Source: Desulfatiglandales bacterium (GTDB lineage: Bacteria; Desulfobacterota; DSM-4660; Desulfatiglandales; Desulfatiglandaceae). Taken from it: a stretch of 64,000 nt of DNA. The stretch is from assembly GCA_963662465.1 (NCBI GenBank), contig OY759599.1, forward strand, positions 2,624,001 to 2,688,000. The letters are read 5' to 3'. This document shows, piece by piece, positions 6,956-16,918 of this stretch. The translations under genes were made by a program, and so were the position numbers. Within the stretch, counting starts at the first letter, position 1. Each line of letters opens with the position of its first letter. The notes beneath the pieces are model-generated. The model was not told the origin of the DNA. It ran no database searches and saw only the letters and a list, made by a program, of their open reading frames with translations.

Positions 6956-9250
6956 TTAGCCAAGCAGGCCTGCAAGCCGAAAATGCTTGAACAGGACCTG
7001 AGGGGTCAGGGGAATTTCGTTGATGGCCACACCCGTGGCATCCAGAATGGCATTTCGAATGGCCGGGGGCGGAGAGATCACCGGCGGTTCCCCAAGGGCC
7101 TTGTTGCCGTATCCGGATGTGGGTTCAAATGTTTCCACGAATTCACAGCCCATATGGGGAACATCCAGGGCCGTGGGGATTTTGTACTCGGAAAGATTCC
7201 GGTTGTAAACATATCCGGTTTTGTCATCCACCACCAGTTCCTCGAAGAGGGCCGCGCCGATCCCCATGGCAATGCCGCCCTGCACCTGCCCCTGGGCCGT
7301 GAGGGGGTTAATAATCACGCCGGAATCGTGAACATTGATAATGTTATTAATGCGAACCCGGCACAGGGGAATGTCCACCGTGACATCCACGAAGGTGCAA
7401 CCAAAGCAGGGGGCGTTGGTGGTGGTTTTATGGGAAATATCCGTTGTGATCTGCTCGCCGCGTTCTTTGTGGTAACAGGCATCCCCGGCAAGGTCGGCAA
7501 GGGACATGAGTGTACAGTTTGCATCACGAGCATGCACCACCATGCCGTCTTCGATATCAAGTTCTTCGCGGGGGATGCGGGTTATGAGACCCGCATAATT
7601 CAATATTTTATCTTTAAAATCCAACCCTGCCCGGAATAGCGCGTTGCTTAAAACGTAGGCCTGCCGGGAGGCATAGGCCCCGGTGTCGAAGGGAAGCACA
7701 TCCGTGTCATGGGTGGCAGACAATTGGATTTGTTCGCAGGGAACGCCGATGGTTTCGGCTGCCATCTGGACGGCGATCGTGTCCGACCCCTGACCGATCT
7801 CCACGGCGCCCACCTGAAGACTGATGAAACCATCCGGATTCAGAACCAGTCTCGCTCCGGCAATTTCAACACAAACAGGATAAGTGCCCGAGCCATAACT
7901 GAAGCAGGCAACGCCCAGGCCTTTTCGAATGGGCCCGCGCTTGTGGTTTTTGGCATAGTCCGGTTTTTTCTCGTCCCACCGGATCCACTCTCTGCCCTTG
8001 ATCAGGCATTCCTCGATGCCGCAGCTTAACAGGGGCAGTCGGGAAAGGGGGTTAAGGTCTCCTTCCCTTGCCACATTTTTCAAGCGGAACAACACCGAAT
8101 CCATGCCGATTTGTCGGGCCGCGTCCTCCACGTTGCATTCCATGGCATAAAGGGTCTGGGGAACGCCGTAGGCCCGCATGGCGCCCGCCACCGGCATGTT
8201 GGCATAGATAGTGCGGCCTTCGTAAGCCATGGCGGCACGGGGATACAGAAAAGAGGCTTTGGCGCCTCCGGCGGACGCAACGGAATGGCCGTGGGAGGCA
8301 TATGCGCCGGTAATGGCAACCGCGCTCATCCGGTTTGCCGTCAGCGTCCCATCTTTTTTGACCCCGGTGGCAATATGGATATGGAAGGGATGCCGGTTCC
8401 GGGTGCAACCCATGCATTCCTCCCGGCTTAAAGAGATCCGAACGGCCCTGCCCCCCAGTTTTAAGGTTAGAAAAGCCACCAGGGGTTCAAGCACCGCATC
8501 CTGCTTGTTGCCGAACCCACCCCCCACATGGGGCTTGATGATCCGGATTCGATGCCATGGGATATCCAGAGCCTGACCGACGATGCGGCGTAAAATCTGC
8601 GGAATCTGGGTGGAAGTGACAATGGTGATGCGCGCCCTGTCTTCCATGTAGGCAAGGACGCAATGGTTTTCCAAATGGCAATGTTGCACCAGTTGCGTCC
8701 GATAGTCAGCCTCAATCAGATAATCCGATTCCTGAAAGGCCCCATGAACATTGCCTCCGCATTCGAAGGCATGCTCGCCCACGATGTTTTTGGACCCTTG
8801 GTGAATCTCTCTTGCCCCCGGCCCAAGTATGGCTGCGGGGGTCAACAGGGTTTCATAGACCTCATATTCGACCCGAATTGCCTCAAGCGCCTTTTCCGCA
8901 ATGGCTTCGTTTTCCGCCGCCACCACGGCAATTTCATCCCCGTAATAACGGATATCCCGCGTCAAAATGCGCCGGTCCGCCACGTCCCGTTGATCGGGAT
9001 TCAGGGAAAAGGGGTGTCCGGCCGTTGCAAAGGGAATGGCCGGCACGTCTTCATAAGTCAATACCGCTTCTACGCCGGCTATTGCTCGGGCTGCCTGGAC
9101 ATCGATGTGCTTGACCCGACCATGAGCGATGGTGCTTCGAAAACACTTGGCCGTCAGCGCACCGGGCCGGCAAAAATCGTCCACATAACATGCCCGACCG
9201 GTCGCCTTTACCGTTACATCCAGTCGCACCATGGGTTTTCCGATGGCCAT
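6956..9250 (-). CDS. xdhA: Xanthine dehydrogenase molybdenum-binding subunit (XdhA-like)
   Basis: GGGFGNKQD, GAYASHG, AMRAYGVPQ, EIGQGSDT, GAYASRQ, GNKALGEPP motifs. Confidence 0.8.
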   Translation of the reverse strand: MAIGKPMVRLDVTVKATGRACYVDDFCRPGALTAKCFRSTIAHGRVKHIDVQAARAIAGVEAVLTYEDVPAIPFATAGHPFSLNPDQRDVADRRILTRDIRYYGDEIAVVAAENEAIAEKALEAIRVEYEVYETLLTPAAILGPGAREIHQGSKNIVGEHAFECGGNVHGAFQESDYLIEADYRTQLVQHCHLENHCVLAYMEDRARITIVTSTQIPQILRRIVGQALDIPWHRIRIIKPHVGGGFGNKQDAVLEPLVAFLTLKLGGRAVRISLSREECMGCTRNRHPFHIHIATGVKKDGTLTANRMSAVAITGAYASHGHSVASAGGAKASFLYPRAAMAYEGRTIYANMPVAGAMRAYGVPQTLYAMECNVEDAARQIGMDSVLFRLKNVAREGDLNPLSRLPLLSCGIEECLIKGREWIRWDEKKPDYAKNHKRGPIRKGLGVACFSYGSGTYPVCVEIAGARLVLNPDGFISLQVGAVEIGQGSDTIAVQMAAETIGVPCEQIQLSATHDTDVLPFDTGAYASRQAYVLSNALFRAGLDFKDKILNYAGLITRIPREELDIEDGMVVHARDANCTLMSLADLAGDACYHKERGEQITTDISHKTTTNAPCFGCTFVDVTVDIPLCRVRINNIINVHDSGVIINPLTAQGQVQGGIAMGIGAALFEELVVDDKTGYVYNRNLSEYKIPTALDVPHMGCEFVETFEPTSGYGNKALGEPPVISPPPAIRNAILDATGVAINEIPLTPQVLFKHFRLAGLLG

Positions 9251-9252
9251 TT

Positions 9253-9516
9253 CTATCGACGTTTCGCGGACAAAATAGGGGTATTCAAAACAAGGGCCGA
9301 GAGATTATCGGAGCGTTTGATATTAAGTTTTATGGAAGACGTGTCAATTTCAAAATACCTGGATATCACCTCAACAATATCCCGCTGTAAATCATTTAAG
9401 AGGTCATCGGATATCTCAAGTTTGTCGTATACCAGCGCGAACTTGAGCCTTTTCTTGGCGGTCTCCCGGCTGTTCGCGGGCTTGCCGAAAAATTTTCCCA
9501 AAAAATCGTTGAACAT
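9253..9516 (-). CDS. minE: Cell division topological specificity factor MinE
   Basis: SRETAKKRLK...LQRDIVEVISRY...LVLNTPI; follows minD. Confidence 0.92.
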   Translation of the reverse strand: MFNDFLGKFFGKPANSRETAKKRLKFALVYDKLEISDDLLNDLQRDIVEVISRYFEIDTSSIKLNIKRSDNLSALVLNTPILSAKRR

Positions 9517-9525
9517 GGCATCTCC

Positions 9526-10326
9526 TTAATTATTGCGTCGCAGCTTGCGACCCAGAGATCGCCAAAAACCCTTGGCGCTGTTGGGATTTTCAATGGGGAG
9601 ATCGGACTGCCCATTGAGTCGCTGCGCAATGCGATGAAAGGCATTGCCTGCTTCCGAATCTTTTTGAAGCACCAGCGGCATCCCCGTGTTGGTGGCAATC
9701 ACCACCCGATCATCCATTTTGACCAGTCCGATAAGATCGATGGACAGCACTTCCACCACATCTTCATGACTCAGCATGTCGCCCCGTGCCACCATCTCCG
9801 GAACAATGCGGTTGACCACCAGCTTGGGCGTAATGGACTTGGCGTAAAGCAATCCAATGACCCGATCCGCATCTCTCACGGATGACACCTCCGGCGTGCA
9901 AATCACCAGCGCTTCATCCGCCGCAGCCACCGCGTTTTCAAAACCCCGTTCGATCCCCGCCGGACAGTCCATTAAAACATAATCGAATCCGGCACGCAGG
10001 CTTTTGCTCAGGTTGACGATATCGTTCGGATTCAGAGCGTCCTTATTGTCGCTCTGGGATGCCGGTATGAGAAAAAGGTTTTCGATCCGCCGATCCTTAA
10101 TGGCGGCCTGTTTAACTTTACAGCGGCCCTTGGCCACATCCACGATGTTAAATACGATCCGGTTTTCAAGCCCCATCACCACATCCAGATTCCTGAGCCC
10201 GATGTCCATGTCAATAACGACCACCTTTTTCCCCTGCAGGGCCAAAGCGCCGCCGATACAGGCTGTGGCGGTGGTTTTCCCGACGCCCCCCTTGCCGGAG
10301 GTTACAACAATGATTTTTCCTTCCAA
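9526..10326 (-). CDS. minD: Septum site-determining ATPase MinD
   Basis: TSGKGGVGKTT, DIGLRNLD, DCPAGIE, PEVSSVRDADR motifs and a C-terminal amphipathic helix. Confidence 0.97.
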   Translation of the reverse strand: MEGKIIVVTSGKGGVGKTTATACIGGALALQGKKVVVIDMDIGLRNLDVVMGLENRIVFNIVDVAKGRCKVKQAAIKDRRIENLFLIPASQSDNKDALNPNDIVNLSKSLRAGFDYVLMDCPAGIERGFENAVAAADEALVICTPEVSSVRDADRVIGLLYAKSITPKLVVNRIVPEMVARGDMLSHEDVVEVLSIDLIGLVKMDDRVVIATNTGMPLVLQKDSEAGNAFHRIAQRLNGQSDLPIENPNSAKGFWRSLGRKLRRNN

Positions 10327-10440
10327 AATACACCTCTTTTCTAAACGTTGGCGCCGCCGGTTATACCGGCCTGATTTTCGGTGCGGCTTTCGATACTTTT
10401 CGTTGATGAACCTTTCGGAAAATAAGCGTTAATACCAGCA

Positions 10441-11166
10441 TCAAAGAACTTCGGGCCACGGAAGGCGTCTAAAGGGATTCGCTTTCAGATAGTCTTCCAC
10501 AAGAATGGAATTATTGACGATGTGGGCAAATTGGGCGCGTCCTTCCTGAAATGGGGGAATAGCGGTTACAACATAACCGGCAATTTGCAGTTGCTCCGGT
10601 TGGAAATCAAGCGCCAAAATAATTCTCTCCTCGTCATCAGGATATCCTGCTGCGGCCTTTCCCTTTAAACTGCCCATCACCAGAATATCGCCCCCGGCGA
10701 CAACCTCCCCACCGGGGTTAACATCGCCCATGATGGTCAGATGTTTCCTGGCCGTCACCTTCTGTCCGGAACGGACCCTCCCCGCAAGCATCAGAACATG
10801 ACTGCGGTGATGTTGCCAGGATCGATCCACATCCCTTTTGCGGGTTCGTTCTTCTTCAATGGAGCGTGATCGCTGGTTCGGGGGAGCTGAAACAGCCCCG
10901 ACTTCAAAACGCTCTTGCAGAAAACGGCCCAGTTCGGCAAGCAGATCCGTATGGTTTTCATCCGTTTCCGTATCCAGCAAAACCTTTTTGCCCATGGCCA
11001 TATGGTCCAGCCGTTCAAAAACCGTCGTCAGTTCGTTTTTCAATAAGCCGAGCGATCGAGATGGATCGACTGTCACCCACAACCCGTCTCCGACGCCTTT
11101 CAATTTTATCGCCTGTTGTCGTTCATCCATCTGTCCGTCGGTTCCTAAAAAGAGATTTTTATGCAT
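10441..11166 (-). CDS. minC: Septum site-determining protein MinC (true start possibly MDERQQ at 11130)
   Basis: VRSGQ...GDVNPGGEVVAGGDILVMGSLKGKAAAG beta-helix motif; upstream of minD. Confidence 0.92.
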   Translation of the reverse strand: MHKNLFLGTDGQMDERQQAIKLKGVGDGLWVTVDPSRSLGLLKNELTTVFERLDHMAMGKKVLLDTETDENHTDLLAELGRFLQERFEVGAVSAPPNQRSRSIEEERTRKRDVDRSWQHHRSHVLMLAGRVRSGQKVTARKHLTIMGDVNPGGEVVAGGDILVMGSLKGKAAAGYPDDEERIILALDFQPEQLQIAGYVVTAIPPFQEGRAQFAHIVNNSILVEDYLKANPFRRLPWPEVL

Positions 11167-11185
11167 TGCAAATTAGATTTTCGGG

Positions 11186-11215
11186 AATATAACAGAAGCA
11201 ATATTTGGGTGTCAA
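11186..11215 (-). promoter_or_regulatory. Putative sigma70 promoter for minCDE
   Basis: TTGACA-18 nt-TATATT with a TGn extension on the minus strand. Confidence 0.45.
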
Positions 11216-11369
11216 GGAAAAGTAAGTACAATATATAGGGCATTTTTTCAGCAAACACTGAAAATTTCGAAGTGGTTGAAAAAAATCAGGATCAGGGGAT
11301 TTCAGGGGTGAAGAGAATTCAAAAAACAAGTGAGATAGGGTCGCCTTTGATCCTGTTGTTTCACGGAAT

Positions 11370-11996
11370 TCATTTCAAAATGCCCCGGGACAACATTTCA
11401 AGGGCCAGATGCCATGTGGTTTCAAGATGGGTTTTTCGATTCATGGCCTGTTTGCTGTTTTCCAGATGAATAATACCCAAAAAGGAAGTCCATACCACTT
11501 CAGCCAGGGTTTTTACGCCGCAATCCCGAAAAATCCCCTCCTCAATGCCGTATGCCATTATTTTTGAAAGAAATTCATAGTTGCGTGAGCCTGAATGATC
11601 CAACATCAACCGTAGGTTATCCGGCAGGTTTCGAAGCATTTCGCTTTGATGAAAATATAGCGTGACATTGAACAAAGCCGGATCTTTTTCATAAAATTCA
11701 ATGAAGGCGCCCCACAAGGATTGGAGAATATCGGCTTTTCTTTCAGTCCGGCGCTCATAGAGATTTTCTAGCCGTTTTCGAAAAAAGTCCGAGTATGAAG
11801 CGATGGCATGAACGAAAATTTCGTCTTTGGTCTTAAAATAAAGATACAGGGTGGCGCGTCCCAGTTCCGCTTCCTCAGCGATTTTTTCCATGGTGATGGC
11901 ATGATACCCTTCCTGTTCATAAACCTGAATGGCCGCACGAAGAATAGACTCACGCCTTTCGATTTTTTCACGTTCCCGTCGTTCTTTGATACCCAT
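11370..11996 (-). CDS. TetR/AcrR family transcriptional regulator
   Basis: ILRAA...GYHAITMEKIAEEAELGRATLYLYFKTKDEI helix-turn-helix. Confidence 0.93.
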   Translation of the reverse strand: MGIKERREREKIERRESILRAAIQVYEQEGYHAITMEKIAEEAELGRATLYLYFKTKDEIFVHAIASYSDFFRKRLENLYERRTERKADILQSLWGAFIEFYEKDPALFNVTLYFHQSEMLRNLPDNLRLMLDHSGSRNYEFLSKIMAYGIEEGIFRDCGVKTLAEVVWTSFLGIIHLENSKQAMNRKTHLETTWHLALEMLSRGILK

Positions 11997-12056
11997 TTTT
12001 GAATCTCTGTGTTCGATTTAGTTCTCGTCCCCTGGGTCCGCGGGGAAATGTCAACC

Positions 12057-12095
12057 GCCTGGGTTCCCACCTTAAGAAGCGTGGGAACCCGAGGC
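12057..12095. repeat. Intergenic hairpin (REP-like or terminator-like)
   Basis: gggttcccac/gtgggaaccc perfect 10-bp stem with a 10-nt loop, just downstream of the Mo-subunit stop. Confidence 0.45.
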
Positions 12096-12107
12096 TTAGT
12101 GGCTTAC

Positions 12108-14381
12108 TTAGCGATTTTCCGCCATCGATTTCAGAATTTTTTCCGGTGTAATGGGAAGGTCCTTACATCGGTATCCGGTGGCGTGATAAACGGCATCGGA
12201 AATGGCGGGGGCCGTGGGAGACGCCAGTCCCTCGCCGCACTCCTTGGCGCCCATGGGCCCTTCGGGCTCATAGGTGTCGATGTGGGTCACCTCGCTGGGG
12301 GGCATATCCATGGCCGTGGGCATTTTATAATCGAGGAAATTCGTGTTCAGGGTCTTGCCGTCCTGCATGACGAACTGCTCCGAAAGGGCGTATCCCAGTC
12401 CCATCTGAATGGACCCCGCAAGTTGACCTTCTACACCTTTGGGATTAATCACGGTGCCGCAGTCATGGGCGGTCCACATCTGTTTCACATCCACCACCCC
12501 GGTTTCCTGGTCCACATCCACCAGGGCCACCTGGGCGCCGAACCCGAAGGCCGGCGTCACCAAACCCTTGTCCCGGGGCGTATAATACCCGTGCGCGATC
12601 AGGGGTTCCCCCCGCTGGGATTTCTGGACCATGGCCACCACATCGCCGAAGGGCACCGCTTTCTTGGGCCTCCCCTTGGGCTGAACCACGCCGTTTTTGC
12701 ATTCCATCTCATAGATGACATTGGCGTTAAGATGGGCCGATATGGCCCCGAACAATTTTTCCTTGATTTTTTTGGCCGCATCCAAAACCGCATTCCCGGC
12801 CATGAGCGTGACCCGGCTTCCCCAAGCCCCCAGATCCGCCTGGGGCGTGGTGGCCGTATCCGCGGACGTAATACGGATATCTCCCATTTTTATCCCCAGC
12901 TCTTCAGCCAGAATCTGCTTCATGGCCGTATCGCATCCCTGGCCGATATCGGAAGCCATGGTCAGCAGATGGACGGTTCCATCGGAATAGGCCCGCACTT
13001 CGGCGGCGGAAAAGGGATACTGGGTATTGAACCAATTGAACACCCCCCCGGAAATAAAGCTGTAGCAACCGATGCCGATCCCCTGCCCCGGTTTGAGTTC
13101 CTTTTTAAGTCGTTTCCAATCACTCATTTTCGCAACAGCCTCGATGGATTCCTTGAAACCGCAGCTGCTGATGGTGGCCACATCGGGAATTTTGTCCCCG
13201 CTCACCTGTGCGTTTTTGAGGCGGATATCCACTGGATCGATCCCCAGGGCTTCCGCGGCCAGGTTCATCTGGATTTCGGAGGCATACAGGGACTGGGGCG
13301 CCCCGAACCCCCGCATGGCGCTTGAGGGCGGTTTGTTGGTGTACACATGCTGTCCGTGAAAACGGTAGTTGGGATATCGGTACAGCATGGCGCCGAAATT
13401 ACCGCACAGGAAGGTGGCCGTGGGTCCCATGGCGTTATAGGCGCCGCCGTCCAGCGTGATCTTGAGATCCTTTGCCACGAGGGTCCCGTCTTTTTTGAAT
13501 CCCACCTTTGAATGGAGCGTCATGGGGTGACGCCTTCGCCCGGTCAGGAATTCCTCTTCCCTCGAAAGGGTAAATTTGACGGGCCTGCCCGTTTGTTTTG
13601 CCATAAAGGCAGCGCAGAACTCCAAGGTGCGAAGCTCCATTTTTCCGCCGAACCCTCCCCCCACAAAGGGCTTAATTACCCGAATGTCGTTTTCCCGCAT
13701 CTCCAGGGTCGAAGCCAGCAAACACTGCACGATATAGGGAACCTGAGTGGAGGTCCAGAGGGTAATGCGTCCATCCAGATCCACCCGGGCCAAGGCGGAG
13801 CAGGGCTCCAGGTAGGCGTGGCTCACAGCATGCACCTTAAAGGTATCTTCACGAACATAGTCCGATTCCGCAAACCCCTTTTCGATGTCGCCGTACTGAA
13901 TTTTACGGTTGACGCTAATATTGCCGGGGCAATAATCGTGAATGGCGATCGCCCCTTCCTTCACGGATGAATCAACATCATACAAGCCTTCCAGTTCTTC
14001 ATATTCGACCTTAATAAGACTGAGGGCTTCCTGGGCCGTATCCTTGTCCACCGCCGCCACGGCAGCCACTTCGTCGCCAATGAAGCGCACTTTGTCAATG
14101 GCCAGGGCATATTCGTCCTGGGTATCGGCAAAGAGGCGCCAGTTGCCGTATTTAATTTTCGGAATATCAGCGCCGGTAATGACGCACTTGACCCCGGGAA
14201 GCGCTTTTGCCTTGCTGGTGTCGATGCTGAGGATCCGGGCGTGGGCCACCGGACTTCCCAGAATGCGCCCATAAAGCATTCCCGGCAGTTTCATGTCGTC
14301 GGTATATACGGACGCTCCCCTCGCCTTGGCCTCGGCGTCGTTTCTGGGCACATCTTTTCCCACAATATTGAATTGTTCCAT
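12108..14381 (-). CDS. Xanthine-oxidase-family molybdopterin-binding subunit (4-hydroxybenzoyl-CoA reductase alpha-like)
   Basis: GGGFGGK, YTNKPPSSAMRGFGAPQ, DIGQG, GAWGSRVTLMAGNA, GAKECGEG motifs. Confidence 0.85.
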   Translation of the reverse strand: MEQFNIVGKDVPRNDAEAKARGASVYTDDMKLPGMLYGRILGSPVAHARILSIDTSKAKALPGVKCVITGADIPKIKYGNWRLFADTQDEYALAIDKVRFIGDEVAAVAAVDKDTAQEALSLIKVEYEELEGLYDVDSSVKEGAIAIHDYCPGNISVNRKIQYGDIEKGFAESDYVREDTFKVHAVSHAYLEPCSALARVDLDGRITLWTSTQVPYIVQCLLASTLEMRENDIRVIKPFVGGGFGGKMELRTLEFCAAFMAKQTGRPVKFTLSREEEFLTGRRRHPMTLHSKVGFKKDGTLVAKDLKITLDGGAYNAMGPTATFLCGNFGAMLYRYPNYRFHGQHVYTNKPPSSAMRGFGAPQSLYASEIQMNLAAEALGIDPVDIRLKNAQVSGDKIPDVATISSCGFKESIEAVAKMSDWKRLKKELKPGQGIGIGCYSFISGGVFNWFNTQYPFSAAEVRAYSDGTVHLLTMASDIGQGCDTAMKQILAEELGIKMGDIRITSADTATTPQADLGAWGSRVTLMAGNAVLDAAKKIKEKLFGAISAHLNANVIYEMECKNGVVQPKGRPKKAVPFGDVVAMVQKSQRGEPLIAHGYYTPRDKGLVTPAFGFGAQVALVDVDQETGVVDVKQMWTAHDCGTVINPKGVEGQLAGSIQMGLGYALSEQFVMQDGKTLNTNFLDYKMPTAMDMPPSEVTHIDTYEPEGPMGAKECGEGLASPTAPAISDAVYHATGYRCKDLPITPEKILKSMAENR

Positions 14382-14398
14382 TGATTATTCCTTTCCCC

Positions 14399-15274
14399 TT
14401 AACTGTTCAAGGCTCGTTCCCGGGCTTCCCGAAGCGCCCTGGTGGTTAAAATCGCGACCATTTTTTTTCGGTAATCCGCGCTGGATCTGACATCCGTGAT
14501 GGGGCTGGATTCATCTGATGCCAGAACGCCTGCTGCCTTCATGATCTCTTCAGTCAATGCCTTTTCCCGGATGAAATCCTCCGTTTTCTTCGCCTGTAAC
14601 GGGGTGGGACCCACCGCGCCCAGAAAAATGCGGGCGTCCCGGCAGGTTTCCTTATCCATAATGACCATGGCCCCCACGCATACCGCTGAAATATCCACTT
14701 TTCCCCGGGCCGAGATATGCCGGTAAGAAACACCGGAACCGGGAACAGGCGGCGGAACGAGAATGGCGGTCATGATTTCCCCCGGGGTCAAATCCACCTT
14801 TCCGGGACCTTTGAAAAACCGGTCCAGGGGGAGTCGTCTTTCACCTTTCGGGCCCAGCAGCACGGCTTCCGCGTTCAATGCAAGCAGGCTGGGGGCATTG
14901 TCGGCAGAAGGGGCGGCATTGCACAGGTTGCCCGCCACCGTTCCCATATTGCGAACCTGCACATTGGCCGTTTCCAAAGCCGCGGCCGCCACGGCGGGAT
15001 AGTATTTTAAAACATCGGCGTGGGATGCCACATCGGCCAGAAGCGCCGTGGCGCCGATGCTCAGTCCTTTTTCCGAATCGAAAGAGATTTTGTCAAGGCC
15101 CGAGATATGTTTAAGGGCAATGACGGCTTTCGGCTTCAATGCCCCATGGTTCATTTTAACCAGAAGGTCCGTTCCCCCGGCCAGCAAAAAGGCGCCCTCC
15201 CCCTTCTCGGAAAGAAGCCCGTGCGCTTCTTCCAGACTTTCAGGCGCAAAATATTCAAATTTTGGTAATGTCAT
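14399..15274 (-). CDS. Xanthine-oxidase-family FAD-binding subunit
   Basis: LAGGTDL, QVRNMGTVAGNLCNAAPSAD, PITDVRSSADYR motifs; no 4Fe-4S insertion seen. Confidence 0.9.
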   Translation of the reverse strand: MTLPKFEYFAPESLEEAHGLLSEKGEGAFLLAGGTDLLVKMNHGALKPKAVIALKHISGLDKISFDSEKGLSIGATALLADVASHADVLKYYPAVAAAALETANVQVRNMGTVAGNLCNAAPSADNAPSLLALNAEAVLLGPKGERRLPLDRFFKGPGKVDLTPGEIMTAILVPPPVPGSGVSYRHISARGKVDISAVCVGAMVIMDKETCRDARIFLGAVGPTPLQAKKTEDFIREKALTEEIMKAAGVLASDESSPITDVRSSADYRKKMVAILTTRALREARERALNS

Positions 15275-15287
15275 GATGATACCCCCT

Positions 15288-15764
15288 CTAAGACTGCTTC
15301 ATTTTTTCCGCGGCTTCCGAAATGGCATCCACGATCTGAATATAGCCGGTACACCGGCACAAGTGGCCCGAGAGACCTTCCCTGATCTCCTGATCTGTGG
15401 GAGAACCATTTTTGCTCAGCAGATAAGCAGCCGACATCTCCATACCTGAGGTGCAAAATCCACACTGGATAGCGCCCTTTTCAATGAATGCTTCCTGAAT
15501 GGGATGCAGTTCGCTCCCGGATGGGGCCAAGCCTTCGACGGTTTGAACCTCTTTTCCCTGAACCTCCACAGCCAGGGTCAGGCAGGAACTGACGCTTCTG
15601 CCATCCACCAGCACCGTACAGGCGCCGCAGTCTCCTGAACCGCAACCCAGCTTGGTGCCGGTCAGGTTCAGATCGTCACGGAGCACCTCATTGAGGGTGC
15701 GCCATGGATCAACGGCCAGGGAATACACATCTCCGTTAACCTTGAGTTCAATCAGGTGTTTCAT
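15288..15764 (-). CDS. Xanthine-oxidase-family 2x[2Fe-2S] subunit
   Basis: GCGSGDCGAC, QCGFCT and CRCTGY; probable start MKHLIEL at 15764 with AGGAG RBS. Confidence 0.92.
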   Translation of the reverse strand: MKHLIELKVNGDVYSLAVDPWRTLNEVLRDDLNLTGTKLGCGSGDCGACTVLVDGRSVSSCLTLAVEVQGKEVQTVEGLAPSGSELHPIQEAFIEKGAIQCGFCTSGMEMSAAYLLSKNGSPTDQEIREGLSGHLCRCTGYIQIVDAISEAAEKMKQS

Positions 15765-15826
15765 CCTTTTATCTCCTTTTTGCTTTACGTTAAACAAAAG
15801 AACTACCATACATACATATGATTCAC

Positions 15827-15855
15827 ATGATAGACAGAGCGTATAACATTGTCAA
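15827..15855 (-). promoter_or_regulatory. Putative sigma70 promoter of the Mo-hydroxylase/TetR operon
   Basis: TTGACA-17 nt-TATCAT on the minus strand, about 60 nt upstream of the 15764 start. Confidence 0.6.
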
Positions 15856-16093
15856 GCGTTTTTTCCTTCCAGATATGACCAAAATGATTTATATTCCTTG
15901 CTTATGCTGAAAATACAGCTGTTAGCAGTTAGCTATTAGCCGTTAGCTTAAAAGCGGTAGAGGTTATTTTCATCCGCAGGGATGGCAAACCCCCTTGTCA
16001 TGAGGGTTTATGATGTAAAATATTCTTGAGGTGTTCACACTCTTTTCCGATCCGGTCGAACAATACACGGAAGCCATTTCACGGGGTAACCAA

Positions 16094-16909
16094 ATGGGAC
16101 AAAAGATACTGGCCGTTGATAACGATCGGCTGATGCTGGAATTCATGAAGGATTTGTTTGAACAACAGGGTCATGAGGTGGTTATCGCGGAAGATGGCAT
16201 TTCCGCCCTGGAGATCTTGAAAGACTATATCCCCGACGTTGCCTTTATTGACCTTGTAATGCCCAACATCAGGGGCGACAAACTATGCCGGATTATTCGA
16301 AGCATGCCCCACCTTAAAAACGTCTACCTTGTCATTGTTTCAGCTACCGCGGTCGAAGAACCCAAGCATTTTGCCGGACTGGGGGCGGATGCCGCCATTG
16401 CCAAAGGACCCTTTCATGAGATGTCGGAGCGTATTCTTAAGGTTTTAAATGAAACAGGCATCAGGATATCAAAGCGTCCCGAAGAATCGCCGCCGGGGTT
16501 TCACGGTATTTCCCAGCGAAAAATCACCAAGGAATTACTGTACGCTGAAAGGCATCTGGAAGCCATTTTAAATCATATATCGGAAGGGATTCTTGAGCTT
16601 AATCCTGATGGAAAAATCATTTTTTGCAATACCAAGGCCGTTTCTCTGTTTGGCGGTTCCGAGGAAAATCTCCTGGGATTGAATTTTGTCGAACTTTTTG
16701 AAGGCAGTGATCGCAAAAGAATTGAAGATCTGCTGGCAAAGATCGGAGACGGCCCCCCTGAAATCAGTGACGGAGTTCGTATCAGGCTGCACGAAGAATG
16801 GGTATCACTGAAACTTTTGCCCATCGATGACCCCACGGGGTGGTCCGTCATCGCCATTCTTACCCCCCTGATCGGCACTGCAACGCCTCAGACGATTGTT
16901 GCGGAATAG
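16094..16909 (+). CDS. Response regulator receiver plus PAS domain protein
   Basis: KILAVDND...FIDLVMP...IVSA...AK receiver; LEAILNHISEGI...DGKIIFCN PAS domain. Confidence 0.85.
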   Translation: MGQKILAVDNDRLMLEFMKDLFEQQGHEVVIAEDGISALEILKDYIPDVAFIDLVMPNIRGDKLCRIIRSMPHLKNVYLVIVSATAVEEPKHFAGLGADAAIAKGPFHEMSERILKVLNETGIRISKRPEESPPGFHGISQRKITKELLYAERHLEAILNHISEGILELNPDGKIIFCNTKAVSLFGGSEENLLGLNFVELFEGSDRKRIEDLLAKIGDGPPEISDGVRIRLHEEWVSLKLLPIDDPTGWSVIAILTPLIGTATPQTIVAE

Positions 16910-16918
16910 TGACATCTG

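Noticed and set aside
15964..16022. Short element with imperfect inverted ends (tattttcatc...gatgtaaaata)
   Set aside because: Single copy in the window, weak symmetry and no clear target duplication.
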